A stretch of 64,000 nt of DNA from Moniliella sp. 'wahieum' (taxonomy: Eukaryota). Of this stretch, positions 1-15,780 are shown piece after piece. Position 1 is the first letter of the stretch, and the number at the start of each line of letters is the position of its first letter. The notes beneath the pieces are model-generated. The model was given only the letters and a program-made list of their open reading frames with translations, searched no databases and was not told where the DNA came from. Where the stretch lies: the NCBI GenBank assembly GCA_003971905.1, contig RSEE01000144.1, positions 62,001 through 126,000 on the forward strand, given 5' to 3'. The position numbers and the translations under genes were made by a program.

Positions 1-2330
1 ACCCGCCCCCCCCTCTGACGACCCCCACTGTACCAGACCTTGATCCGCTCGCGCGTGCCCAGCACGAAGCCCAGCTGGCCTGGGACGAAGACCCGGGCTT
101 TATGCCACGGGAAGACCTGGTCCTATGGCTCGGCCGACGTGCCACTGCGGCCCACTCTGCTGCCGAGGTGGCCGCCGCTCAAACTGCCTACATGGCCCAT
201 TTCGATTTCTCTCCACGATCGGGTGGACGAAGCACTACGAAAGCTCTGTGCCAAGCTGCTGCTCCGCGCTGAGACACAGGTACTGGAACGACGTGCTGCA
301 AGCGTTTGCCGTGCGCTTTCTCACTGCCCACCCTGCTTCGGACCTGTACCGTTCCGAGAACAGGTCCACCACCTTGCGTTTAGCATTTTGCTCCTCAATA
401 CTGATCTTCATGTGGCCGACTTGGGGGAACGGATGACGCGTCCCCAGTTTGTCCGCAACACGCTCTTGGCGCTGGAAGGTGACCAGGCCGCCTGTTCCTC
501 TGACGCCGCGGTTCCCAGCGCCGCCACTACCGATTCGCTCGACGGTACGGTTGTCAAGACAAAAAAAGCGGGACGAGATGTGCGTGGGCAACGAGGATGG
601 AGCGACTACTGAGGGTGCGTAGTTAGTTACCTGTCGCTCCTTCTTGGCGTTTTGTATGGTGTTGACCTTGTGGTTGGATTGTGAACAGGATATCTACACG
701 GCCTTGCGGTCCGAGCCCATCCACCTGCCTTCGTGGTGCGGCGATGTACTTGGTGCCCCTTCGCCCGACCCAAACAAACACTTCGCCCGACGAAGCAGTA
801 TCCGCGGCCTGCCTTCGCTTTTGACGCCTAACGCACCCAGTCGACGCTGGTCAGAGTCCGGGTTAGATGCGCGGTCGGCGGGACACGAGCAAGGGCCTGT
901 TGGGTTTGTTTCCTCCTCACCCAGACCAGTATTCCCGAAGAGCAGGATGCCAGCGTCACGGGCCAAAAACCGATCCCCGATTCGGAACTGGGCGCTGGCT
1001 GTGCGCCCTGGGCCAAGGAGGGCCGGCTGAGCCCAAGTTGATGGTCCCGGGCAAACGAGGCAAAGATAAAGCGTGGACCGAAGTGTTTGCGGTTGTGCAT
1101 GCTCCGGTGTCCTGTCCTTTTTCACCTTGCATCTTCCCTGTCCCCGCCACCACCGCTGTTGGCGGTGGCAACTGGGCGCTTAGTGCGGAACTGGTGGATG
1201 AGGTGCTGCAACAGACTGTAGCCCAGCCGGTACCGCCTCCTGGGCTGAGCCGTGCTCGACCCATGTCGTCGCCCTGCACGTGCCTGGCACCGGAGCATGT
1301 ACCTCCAAACATCGCATGAAGGTCTAGTGACGGAATGGTGTACGACCCTCAACTATTGGGCTGCCCGCGCGTCCCAGTCGCCCCTTGCGGCCGGGGTGAC
1401 GAGCGTCGATTACGGGTGGAACGTTGCTGGACCCCATTCCCCCCCCCGGCTACCCCTCTACCACTGCTACCACGGCTACCACGGCTAGTACGGCTACCAC
1501 GGGGAAGAAATGGAGAGAAGATGCTCTGCCACCCCAACTCCAGCAGTCCCGCCGACCCAACGCAGCGTGCCAATGTCTCTGTCGGTATCGGACTCGAGCT
1601 CCTCTGCATCGCTCCTCGGGCACCTCAAGCCCTCCACCACGCACACTTCGCTTACTCCCTCGGAGGAGGAGGCGCTGAGTGGGCCACCGGAGATGGTTCG
1701 TTCCTTTTCACTCGGTGTCGGTGCCCCCCGCGCCGAGGGTTATGACCCTGGGGTGGGGAAAGGCGTTGCGCGGGTTGGGTTCGCGCGTGGCCGGGACCGA
1801 AGCCGGCCCGGCTGCCGTGGAGTTTACTGCAGTAGGGTCGAAACTGGCCCGGGGTCGCGCTCCTCCTTCGCCCCTCTTCCCTACGCCTGTGCCGAGCCCC
1901 GCCGCACGGCAAGGCGTATGCATCGGAACACATTGCGTTGGGCACGTGGTCCCCTCCCCCTCCGCCGTTGGGACGATCGAGCTTATCGGAGCAAGAGCAG
2001 GAAAGGGCATTACGAGCGGTCGTGCTTAGCCTCGAAACGGAACTGGTTTCCCACCAGGGCTTGCGCGCCCCTTTGGCCGCCCGCTTTCATCCGCGCGGAC
2101 CGAATGCCTTGTTGGCCCGGACCAATTGGGAGCATAAGCTCGAGTACTTGCTAGATGAGCTGGCCAAGTACCGTACCTACGCTGCTTCCCTGACCGAAGC
2201 GCGGAAGAAACGGGCGCGTCTGGTTTGGCGCGACGGAATGGTCCTCGATCCGGTGGCGGAAGCCGAAGCCGAAGCGGAGGTGGGCAGTTTGGACGCACCC
2301 CATTCCGATGCGCCCGCGTTGGACCCGTAA
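1..2330 (+). CDS. Sec7-domain + PH-domain Arf GEF (Syt1/EFA6-like), 5' end outside window; frameshifted
   Basis: Sec7 motifs DEALRKLCAKLLLRAETQVLER and LAFSILLLNTDLH. PH-domain end WCTTLNYWAARASQSPLAAGVTSVDYGW. C-terminal NWEHKLEYLLDELAKYRTY helix typical of fungal Syt1-like proteins. Likely intron about 615-688. Stop TAA at 2328-2330. Confidence 0.8.
1458..1502 (+). repeat. 9-bp tandem repeat CTACCACGG x5 (Thr/Ala-rich coding repeat)
   Basis: ctaccactg ctaccacgg ctaccacgg ctagtacgg ctaccacgg, read directly. Confidence 0.85.
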
Positions 2331-2808
2331 TGCCGTACCGCGTACCCGGTCCAGTGGACCGGCGGGCGTAGCATAGGCAACCCCGTCCCTGTTCTCGCCT
2401 TCATTCAACTTTCCTTTATGGGCGTACTTGGCGAATGTCTTTCTTTTGCCCTCCCCTTTTCGACCGCAGTCGCTGCCGTTTCCCATCGTTTGAAGCTTGA
2501 AGCTTGACGCTTTCGCTATCTTCGCTGTACAATACCATACGTCTGTGTGTTCGTGTGTTTGTCACATCTGTAATCCTGTGTCGTCTCTTGTCGGTCTTTT
2601 GCCTGTAGAGATCCTGCTTGCCCCGCCCCCCCACGCCCCCCTGAAACTCTCATGACAACAGGCCTCAATGTCCCGGCCGTCAATATGATATTTGGTTCCA
2701 AACCCATCACAGGGATGAGTGAAGATAGTGGGCATGGATTGGTCGTACATGTGTTGCAAGGGGGGGGAGGCGGGGGCGGGGGAGGGGACCAGGCGCTCCA
2801 CACGGAAC

Positions 2809-4416
2809 TCAGACCGAATGGTCTTGAAGAGGTGGAAGCCGTCGGCCGAGGTGGTCATGAGCATGCCCGGAATCTGCTTGTGCCAATGAACCTCTTTGAT
2901 CTCTGACGCACCATAGTGGGAGAACAACAGTTGGTTGGGCACCTGTTGGCCTCCCTGGCCGACCAAGTCGGCAGTGTTGCTCTTGACGCCGGTTTCCTCA
3001 TCGTCCGCCTCGACACTCAAGTCCCCAGGGTTACCTGGTCGTCCCGTCCACTCGCAGCAAACACACTCTCCTCTGTGGGGTGCCACTCGACCGAGTCAAT
3101 GGGCGCCGTGTGCCACTGGAACTCGGCCACGGCGTTTGACGTTTGGCCGCCTTGCCCCAGTTGCGCAAGTCCCACACCTTGAGCATTCCATCGTCGCCGC
3201 CAGACAGGATGAGGTAGTCGGTCATCTTGTTCCACGAAATCACATTCACGTCGCTCTCGTGGGCATGGTCGTTGGTCACAATGCTCTTGCGCGCTTGGGT
3301 GCGTACGTCCCAGATGCGGATCGTCGAGTCGGCGGAACAGGAGGCAAAGATGGTCTGTTCCTTGGGCGACCACTGCAAGTCTTCGACACTGCTCGTGTGC
3401 GACGCAAACGGACGCTCGTTGGTCACCCACCCCGACTCCCGCTGCACGGTCAGGTAAATCTTCGAGTGCACATCGCCACTCAGCAAGCGTAATGGCAGCT
3501 TGCCCCCCTCGCCCAGAGGCGGGGCCCAATCCAACGCGTACCCCTCCACGCGGTGCTGCCGGACCGTGTGCAGCGGGGTAGAGACCTTCTTCTTGTCAAA
3601 CTGGAACGGTTCCTCCAAACTTTGAAGCATGGGCGCCACATCGTGGATTTGCACCCGGCCCACATCGTTCCACACTGCCACAGGGTAGGTTGTGCTGCTC
3701 GTCCGATCGACGGGCGCTGCGCGCACTCGGTTCACCCCGCCCTGGATCTGGAACGAACGGTACTCCACCACCGCATCCTCGTCCAATCCGTCATCGTCGT
3801 CGTCATCATCGTCGTTGTCCGAGTCGTCTGCAACCGGTCAGGACAAAGAGAAAAACAAAAGAACAGAATAAGAAAGGGTAGAGGGGGGAGGGAAATAAGA
3901 ACGTACTGCCATCTTTGATGGTGCGGTGCATGTTGGATGCCTTCATCACCAGCACTTCGTTGTCCTCGGCGCGGTCAGCCTGGGTCCCACTGACCCAGTA
4001 TGCGGTGTGAGGGAATCCTCCTCCACCAGCACCACGCTCATTGCCCAACTTGTCTTGCAGAATATCAAACGACAGCGCGGGCCAGGTCACGTTGAGCCGG
4101 TGCAGCATCTCGTATGCGCCTTGGTCCGGTTCGAGCTCGGCCTTGGCCGGGCCATCTTGGTGGGCAGAGGGGATGTACACCTGGGTGGGGGAGTCTTCTT
4201 CGTCGTCATCGTTGTCCTCGTCGTCCGGACGCTCGACATCGCCTTCAATTTCCATCTCGGCGTCCGACGCGACATTGTCTTCTTCAATGTCATCGCCAAA
4301 GGGGTCTTCAAATTCGCCCATGCCTTCGTCATCGTGCTTGGGCGCGGGCACAGTGCCAGACGCACACGCTTGGCCTCGGCCGTGGCGCGTTCGGGAGAAG
4401 CAGCGCGCTTGGACAT
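2809..4416 (-). CDS. RRB1: Ribosome assembly WD40 protein Rrb1/GRWD1
   Basis: Acidic N-terminus, AYEMLHRLNVTWPALSFDIL, SGTQAD, EGYALDW, HTSSVEDLQWSP, QLLF.H.G..EIKEVHWHKQIPG, ending GFHLFKTISV* after a 1-nt correction. Intron 3828-3906. Confidence 0.92.
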
Positions 4417-4845
4417 GGCAGCAGAGCGGTAGGGGGTGGTGGTTGCACAAGAGAAAGCGCCGGACGCGCAAGACGATCGTGGCGCTGCGGGCGTCCAAGC
4501 GCACTGGCTCGGCCTCCTGCGTGTGGGCCACTAAAAAAAAACCAGCGAGGAAAAAGAAAACGGAAAAGAAAGCCATATTAAAATCAAAAAGAAACTCCAT
4601 CCGGGCCGTTGCACCGATGCGAATCGAACAGCGCACGCCTCCAAACAATGCACCGATCGGCTATGCGCGGTGCTAGGGTTTGCCCGCCATTTTTTTTCTT
4701 TTCGAGGGATTTAGCCTGTCTTCTCCGTCTGGGCCCAGCCTGGGCTCCCGATGGGACAGCCGCCGGGCACGGCACCGCCTGAACGTGGGGCCCCTCCTGC
4801 CTGTTCACCACCATTGGTCGCGGCTGCTCCCCTTCTCCCATCCCC

Positions 4846-7360
4846 ATGTCCGACGCCTTTACCGCGCTGCTGCCCCCGCGCCTCTGCGCATCCTCATCCT
4901 CGGCTCCGGTGGCCGCGAGCACGCACTGGCCCACCACCTCGTCGCCAGCCCGCGCGTCGAGCACGTCTTTGTCGCCCCTGGCAACGGCGGCACCGCTTCG
5001 GCCGACGGTCCGCTGCACCAACCTGCCTGAGCCCAAGGTCAGCGGCACCGACTTCTCTGCCATCACCGCCTGGGCCCAGCAGAACAAGATCAACCTTGCC
5101 ATTGCCGGGCCCGAGCAACCGTTGGTGGACGGCGCCGAGGCTGCCTTCCGTCAGGGTACGTATCTCCTTCCCTCCTCCCTTGCGTTTTCTCTTGATGGCC
5201 ATTGCGCAGGGAAGCAGTGGCTGACACGATGAGTAGCTGGTATCCCCATGTTTGGTCCTTCGCCCGTCGCGGCGCAGATGGAGGGCTCCAAGACCTTTTC
5301 CAAGCACTTTATGGCGCGTCACCAGATCCCCACGGCCGAGTACCAGTCTTTTACTCCGCAGCAGGTGAACGAATGTCTGGCGTACATTGAGAAGTTGGGG
5401 GGTGCGCAGAAAGTGGTGCTCAAGGCGAGTGGTCTTGCCGGCGGGAAGGGTGTGCTTTTGCCCGAGACGACGGCGGAAGCCAAGCAGGGTGTGGAGGACA
5501 TTCTGGTCAAAAAGGTGTTTGGGGGCACGCCGGCTCGTCGCTGGTCATTGAGGAGCGTCTCGATGGCCCTGAGCTGTCGGTGCTTGCGTTTAGCGACGGT
5601 ACACGATCAAGGCCCTGCCGGGCTGCCAGGACCACAAGCGCATTGGCGAGGGGGACACTGGGCTCAACACGGGTGGCATGGGCGCCTACTGCCCTGCCCC
5701 TGAGGGTGTGCCATTTGAGCAAGAGATCTACGACACGGTGCTTAAGCCTACGATCGATGGCATGCGCGCGGATGGGCTGCCGTTTGTGGGGTGCTCTTTG
5801 TTGGCCTGATGCTCACTTCGCGTGGGCCCAAGGTCCTCGAGTACAATGTCCGCTTTGGTGACCCGAAACGGAGGCGGTGCTGGAACTTCTGGAAACGCCT
5901 CTTGGGGAAATCATCTTTGCCTGTGTGGAGCGCCGCCTCGACACTGTCGACATCAAGATCAAGTCGGGCAGCGCGGTGAGCATCATTCTTGCCTCCAAGG
6001 GGTACCCCGGTAAGTACCCCACTGGCCTCCCGATCACCTTGCCGGCGGCTTCAGCTCTGCCCAAGGGCGTGCAGATCTACCACGCCGGCACCAAGATTGT
6101 GGATGGCCAGGTGCTCACTGCTGGCGGTCGTGTGTTGGCGGTGAGCGGGGTGGGTGCGACTCTGCAAGAAGCGCTGAAAGCTGCGTATGCCGGTGTCGAC
6201 CTGATCCAATTTGAAGGCAAGACGTTCCGTCGGGACATTGCCCACCGCGCGCTCACCGCAGCTTCTACGCAGAAGCAAGAGGCACTCACCTATGCTTCGG
6301 CGGGCGTTTCGATCGATGCCGGGGACGCGTTGGTGCAGGCGATCAAGCCTCTGGCCAAGTCGACTGTACGCCCTGGGTGTGATGCGGATCTGGGTGGGTT
6401 TGGCGGTGCGTTTGACCTCAAGCCGCTCGGGTTGAAGGACCCCATCCTGGTTTCGGGTACCGACGGCGTGGGCACCAAGCTGCGTGTGGCGCTTGATGCC
6501 AACAAGCACGACACGGTCGGCATTGACCTGGTGGCCATGTCGGTCAATGATCTGTTGGTGCAGGGCGCGCTCCCGCTCTACTTTTTGGACTACTTTGCTT
6601 GCTCCAAGCTGGACGTCAAGGTGGCTGCGGCTGTGATTGGTGTGTGGCCGAGGGCTGCCGACAGGCCAAGGCCGGCCTGATTGGCGGTGAGACGGCGGAG
6701 ATGCCCGGTATGTATGAGGGGGACGACTATGACCTGGCAGGCTTCGCCGTGGGCGCAGTGGAGCGGGTTCAGCTGCTACCGCGTGTGCAGGAGATGCAAG
6801 CCGGGGATGTCTTGATTGGCCTGGCCTCGTCGGGGCTGCACTCGAACGGATACAGTCTGGTGCGCAAGGTGGTGGCTCGCTCGGGGCTGAGCTACGGGGC
6901 TCCGGTGCCTTGGAGCAAGAGCGCGAACGAGGCCCCGCTGCCGGCGACGCTGGGCGAGGCGCTGCTGGTGCCGACGCAGATCTATGTGCAGGCACTGGCG
7001 CCCCTGCTGCAGTCGCCTGAAGGTTTGCTGGGCATGTCCCACATTACCGGCGGTGGCTTTACCGAAAACATCCCGCGTGCGCTCCCGGCACACCTGGGTG
7101 CGCACATTGACCTCACTGCGTGGGAGCGACCGGGTGTGTTTGGCTGGATGCAGAAGGTGGGCAATGTGGAGGCGCGGGAAATGGCCCGGACGTTCAACAA
7201 CGGTATCGGGATGGTGCTGATTGTGCGCAAGGACCAAGCGGAGCGCATCCTGACGTTGCTCCGGACGGACCCGGCGGCGGCGGCCCCCCCTGTGGTGATG
7301 GGAGAGCTGGTGGCCGGCTCGGGCGTGTCGTACACTGGGCTGGACAAGTGGGCCAACTGA
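4846..7360 (+). CDS. ADE5,7: Bifunctional GAR synthetase / AIR synthetase
   Basis: [34 protein letters not shown] (GARS). [48 protein letters not shown] (AIRS). Intron about 5156-5236. Several 1-nt indels. Confidence 0.96.
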
Positions 7361-7883
7361 GGTGTAGAAGAGGGGCGTTGTGACATGTGGGAAGCAGCAA
7401 GCTGCATCCAATCCATGATGGTTGAAGCGTGAAGCGTGAAGATGGGTCGATTGATGTATTGGAGTTAGGGCAAACACTTCCGAGTATCAATACGATAGAG
7501 TAGGGATATCAGTTCTACGCCACACTTTCACAGCTACGCCACAGGCCTTCAAGTGTTTACAGCGAGAAATCCACGAATTAAGATTGTTCGTATTGTCAGC
7601 AGACCAATACTAGTGGTTCTCTTCATGGTGCACCATCAAAGATGTAACAGTGGCCACGGGCGAAGAGAAACCTAGTAGATTAGTTACAATGAAATTGGGG
7701 GTGGGACTTAGATGGACACTGCATGACCCATTCTTTATCACCTTTTCGCCAGTTTAGCATTGGTTTGTGCTTTCTTTCTATAGTCCGAGATGAGCCTGAG
7801 CACTCACTAGCACGAAGTGGATGGACATCACTGGTACAAGTGTATTTCTACAAGCAAAGCAGGAATCTAGATGAGCGACCAGC

Positions 7884-9467
<1,584 letters not shown>

Positions 9468-10254
9468 AGGCGCCTTGACTTCGCTCCTGCCTGTATTGCA
9501 CTTGTACACTAGGTTGTAATGCTACATCATCGAATCATCGTGTAACATGGCGAGCCTCCGGGTTTACTAGCTGTAGTTGTAGCTATTAGCACTGAGCTTG
9601 AAGGGTCGAGCGTATGCCCAACCAGCCAGATCATTCTTGTCCTTCACCAGTGGAATAGTATCAACAACTGTTGAGACGGAAGTGCTATCAGCATGCCACG
9701 AGTATCGGTGCACCACTGCAGCAGGTTCCCCTCCAGCAGCCTCCACCTGTCAACGGCTTGTCCGTAACTCGGGCTGTATAACTCGTTGGATGAGAGTTCA
9801 TGCGATTCCCGTCCCCCGGTATCAAAGGAAGATTGGTATACTATGCGCTGTTGCGCATACGATGCAGATACTACTATGGCAATGCCCAGAGTATCACGAC
9901 AGGAGAAGTTTTACTTCTTCCCAGCCCAATCATTAAACATTGGGATCGAATAGCGTTCTTTGACCGATGGCGCACGGTGAAAAGTGAGTCTACCACGACT
10001 GCTTCCATTCCAATCCGAATCCATCTAGCATCCACGAATTCCAGTCCGTGATAACTGCCATGAATGTTGAGAGTGAACGTTGAACCAGCATATGGGCATA
10101 CCCTAGTTGCGCACCAGCAGTGGGTCTGATAGATGCACATATGACTTGGCGATGCTCCGACTGGGGTGAACTATGGAATGCATGGAAACAGTAGGCATAA
10201 ATCTAGTGGTACAGAGGGGCACAGGAGGAGGATCGATGAGGGGAGGGAAGGGGT

Positions 10255-11695
<1,441 letters not shown>

Positions 11696-11910
11696 ACGTC
11701 TTGCTGTACTTTGACTCTGTATTAGCAGCCCCATACTGCACCACTACTATGCACTGCACCCCCACGTGTCCCTTTCGTAGCCAGAAAGACGTGTTTTCCC
11801 TGTATCCAGACAACTCGGGTACAGCATGCGTAGCGTCAACACCCAGATAGGGGTGGGTGGGCCCTCCGAGCGCTAACCACCATTGCTGAGGCTCAGCGCG
11901 CTCAGCCCCA

Positions 11911-12728
11911 TCACATCATGAGGGGAGGGGGAGGGGTGGCTAACGTTACGTGCTTCACGCAGCAAGGGAAGTGAAGCCTGCATGGCGGCACAATACCGAG
12001 GAAAACGAGGGTGGGCATGGCCCAGATCCCCAGGAAGAAAAGGTGACTGTCTCTCCGCCGCCTAAGGGGGTGGGGGGAGGGCTGCCGATTGAGATGGCTG
12101 CGCTGGGCTTGTCGTACAAGTCCCAGTCCAACCTGCCTCCCGGGAGCAAAGCGGATTGTACGCGCCCGGCTTGGAAGGCGGTCCACTGCCTGCGGCGTGC
12201 CGAAAGGGTATGAGCAGTCCAAAAGTGGGCGCTGACAGTCAAAGCGAATGCAGCGTATGACACCCTGATGGCAAAGTGCGAGTGCGTGCGAGTGCGAGGG
12301 CGAGTGGGCGGACGTGCCACGCCCGGTCCGAGGGCCGGAGGAGCCATTTGGTTCGCACCGCTCCCGAGGGCGCAAACGGCCACGTGGGATTGGACCGAAC
12401 TAGGAGGAGGTGGATGAGCTGGGGAAAGGCACTGACTATCACCAGACTCCAGGGCAGTTGATCAGTCCAGTGGACGAGCAGAAGGAAGATGAGACTTGCC
12501 ACGCCCAGTCTCGATGCCAGCCTGCGTGTCGCCTGGGCATGTGCCTCAATCAGCTCGCACAGCGCCTGGAGACTGTAAGCTGGATAGGAGAGAAGGGGTA
12601 GGAAGTGCGTCAGTCGTTGTGTGCAAGCTACGATACGACAAGCGGGACAGGGGACGAACCAATGCATGCGATCAAAGATAGGCCAGCGGCGACGCCGGCA
12701 GGATAGCTTAAGACGGCGAGGAGGCCAT
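11911..12728 (-). CDS. Svp26/TEX261-family ER-Golgi membrane adaptor (3' end approximate)
   Basis: LLAVLSY..G...GL.LI, then L..LCELIEAHAQATRRL, TDQLPW, TWPF, HFWTAH and ETV.FFLGIWAMP.LVFL parallel the Svp26 layout. Intron about 12580-12659. Frameshifts. Confidence 0.65.
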
Positions 12729-13477
12729 GCGCTCTCAGCGCCACCAAGAAAAGAGGGGGAAGGTGGGGCAGAATGATAAACAGGTGGTGAGGTGAATGTC
12801 GTAATGGCCTGTTCAAATCATCGAAGAACACGGGCTCGTGGTGATGGATGGCAGGACCTGCGGTGGTGGTGGACAACCTGCGAAAGCCTCAAGTAGATCC
12901 AACGTGGCAATTTCAAGCCCGACGACTGCCTCTCCGCAATTCATTTTCACTTCCGCCGAAACCAAAGTTGACATCGATATACTAAGTCTCACCTCTCGAT
13001 GCACAGCCAGCAAAGACAAAGAATAAGGGGGTTGTACGCAATGAGAGGCGTATGCTTAAACACCCTACGCACACGCGGAAAGGGTATCATCTCTTTCTGG
13101 GTAAACTGACACGCTCCCCCCTCGAAATGGATTGGTCAGCGCTGGAACAACCAGTATAACAGACGTGCAATAATAAGACCAAGCTTCTGATCTTCGCATA
13201 GAATGACAGAAGTGGGTTCCGCTGGCTGTTGTTTCAGGGATCGAACGGTCTAGTATCAAGCGCCTGTGACCACCTGGATGGCGCTGTGGTTAGCATACAT
13301 GTTCACCATGACCGAGCCAACGGTCAAAGACCGTTTGGACCTGCAGATGAGGAAGGGCGAATTGTCATGATAGGAGTTCTAGGATTTAGCGCCCGTAGGA
13401 GAAGATAAAGGGGGAGAAGAAAATGAGCATTGGACATGTCCGCAGAAAGCGACAATGGGGGAGGGGGGATGGGACGA

Positions 13478-15345
13478 TCATGAGTCCATGGGGGAGATGT
13501 CATCGACACTTGCGTTCCTCTCGGGTGCAGGAAGGGAATGCGCCAAAGACAGGGTCTTGATGGGAGATGCGTGCCTTTCGACGTTCATAGCTCCCGGCTG
13601 AGGGGCCGGGGAAGGAGACCTCATCGCTGGGACATTGTCCTCCATAGCGTCCGCTCCAACCTGGGGGGCTACTTCGAGAACGTGGGAGACAACCTGGGCC
13701 GACTTGCGGGGACGGCGGGATCGGGACGAAGAAGACGGGAGCCGTCTACGCGCTAGGCTCACAGCCAGAGGGACGTCATCGTCCTCACTGTCACTCTCCC
13801 TAATCTCTTGGGACGGATGTTGAAGTTCGTCCTCTTCGTCTTCCATCTGGTTCACGCCTCGGCGTGACCGGGGCCTAGCCGATTTTGCTTTGGATACCCG
13901 TTTGGCCGAGGTAGATGTAGACGTAGAAGCCCGCAAGCGTGTCCCTTGCGCCGCCGATTCGGTACCCTCCTGTTCCGAGCCGCACCCAAAGGGAGTTCCT
14001 CGATGACGGAAGCTAAAGGCACGGAAGGTGCCTGTGGCGTACACCCGCCTCCCCTCCAAAGGGCGCTGGCGACCACAGGTTTGAGCATGCTTCCGCAGCA
14101 ACTCGGGGGAAACATGGGAGTAGGTGCAGTCCATCATGGGACAGTGAAAATTGCCATCCTCAGCCCGCTCCACATTCTCCAACAAGTTTTCTCCTTCGGG
14201 GCGCAGGGGGAAAACGAGTTGCCGAATATGGGTTTGGTGATGGAGCCTCCGATGAGCACGCAATTGTCCTTTCGTCGCAAATACTTGGGCGCAGGCCAGC
14301 ACGGGGCACTGGCACCTTTCTCCAGCCCTTCGCCACATACGCTTTCGCTTAAGTGGCTGTGGGCGGAGTTGTGCGGGCGCAGGAGCCAAAGTGGCGGGAG
14401 CTGTCACCTGCTTTGAAGGACGTGAAGCAGATGACTTTCGTTTGCGATGGGAAGAAGGACGGGTAAGTCCCTCGTCGTCCGGGTCGAGCTCATCATCGTC
14501 CATCGCATCGCTGGCCTCGTCCGAAGACCCGCCCAACTCGTCCGCGGACGATTCGGCTCAGCCTTGATCGACACTGGATTGTGCAAAGGCGAGGCGGGGA
14601 TGGAGACGTTGTGCAAACCATCTGCATGGTCCGATGCCATAGCACTGTGCCCAGGTGACAGAGGCAAGGCCGAGGCCATTGAGGCAGCTTGGGCCAGTTG
14701 ATCCAACCCATCCGTGTGTGTACCCGCCGAAGACGGCCGAACACCAGCCCGGGAATGTGCGGCTTGAAAGGAATGGAGTAGGCTGTCTGATGCAGATGGG
14801 GTACCACTGTGCGTGCCAACGTCGCTGGAGGCCGAGGCGGATGCACGGCGGTCACCCGACATGGCTGGATCTAGAGGGGGTGACGCTGGGTCTTGGAGAG
14901 GCGGGGCTTGGTCGCTAGGAGGGGGCTGGGTACCAGGTATGGCGCCGTGGGCATTGGCTACAGGGTTGGTGGAAGGGCGCATGGCAGGATGGAGCTTGCG
15001 TGGGTCGGAGGGGGAGGAGAGGGTGTTGGGGGTGCGGCGCTGGCAATGCAAGTCGCGGGCAGAAGGGGAGAAGGCGTAGCAGAGGCGGACGTGCGGGTGG
15101 AGGCTGGATATGTAGTTGGTGTGGTAGGTGCATCCGATCCAAGGACAGAACCATGGGTCCTCCTCGCGGGTGCGGAGGATGGTGATGCTGGTGCCGCCCT
15201 GGGCGTCGCGGAGACGGAGGGTGGTCTGGAGCTGGTGGAGACGCATGTGGCCGCGGCGGCGGGAGACGTTGTCGAAGCGGAGGGAGCAGTGGTGGCACTT
15301 GAGTGCGAGTATGCCCTCGGGCGGGTGGGGGGTGGGCGGATCCAT
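13478..15345 (-). CDS. Zinc-finger protein with two C2H2+C2HC modules separated by low-complexity sequence
   Basis: CHHC..F.......HMRLH...FCPWIGCTY......L..HVRLC and CPVLAC...F.....L..HRRLH...FHCPMMDCTY.....LL.KHAQTC. Two ORFs joined by a frameshift near 14536. Confidence 0.7.
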
Positions 15346-15402
15346 GGCAGGGTGTGTGAGAGGAGGAGGATAAGTGGTGGGGGGGGGGGCGGTGGCGGTG
15401 GG

Positions 15403-15459
15403 GGCGATGGCGATGGCGATGGCAAGGGCAAGGGCAATGGCAGTGGCGCTGGCAATGGC
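15403..15459 (+). repeat. Degenerate hexamer microsatellite (GGCRAK-like) x about 9, upstream of the zinc-finger gene
   Basis: ggcgat ggcgat ggcgat ggcaag ggcaag ggcaat ggcagt ggcgct ggcaat. Confidence 0.75.
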
Positions 15460-15780
15460 TGCTGCGGCGGAGGGGCGGGCGGGCTCCGCCACTGGGCTCA
15501 CATGCACATGCCATGCAATATTCATGCAGTGCCGCGGCGAAAAATCCAGACGCAAAGAGTGAAATTGCAAGCGCACTCAGCACCCGGGCGCTCTGGACGG
15601 AGGGTCTCGTTGGGCCTCGCGTGCCTAGCGCCCAAGCCTGCCTGACGTGGTAAACGTCCAGCTGCCGGTGGGGTCCGGCCTGTCCCAACCGCAACCTGTC
15701 CAGCCCGCCATCAGTGAACCAGCGCTCATCGGCTCACCGACCATCGCATCCTCTGCCGCACACCAGGGTGTGGTGGCGGA

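Noticed and set aside
4846..7360. GARS-AIRS fusion as a novel gene fusion
   Set aside because: This is the standard fungal Ade5,7 architecture.
9500..10250. Short ORFs between H2A and H3
   Set aside because: They have non-coding-like composition and no motifs, consistent with convergent 3' UTRs and spacer.
14893..15694. Long Gly-, Pro- and His-rich ORFs overlapping the zinc-finger gene
   Set aside because: These are shadow frames of GC-rich sequence and the hexamer microsatellite.
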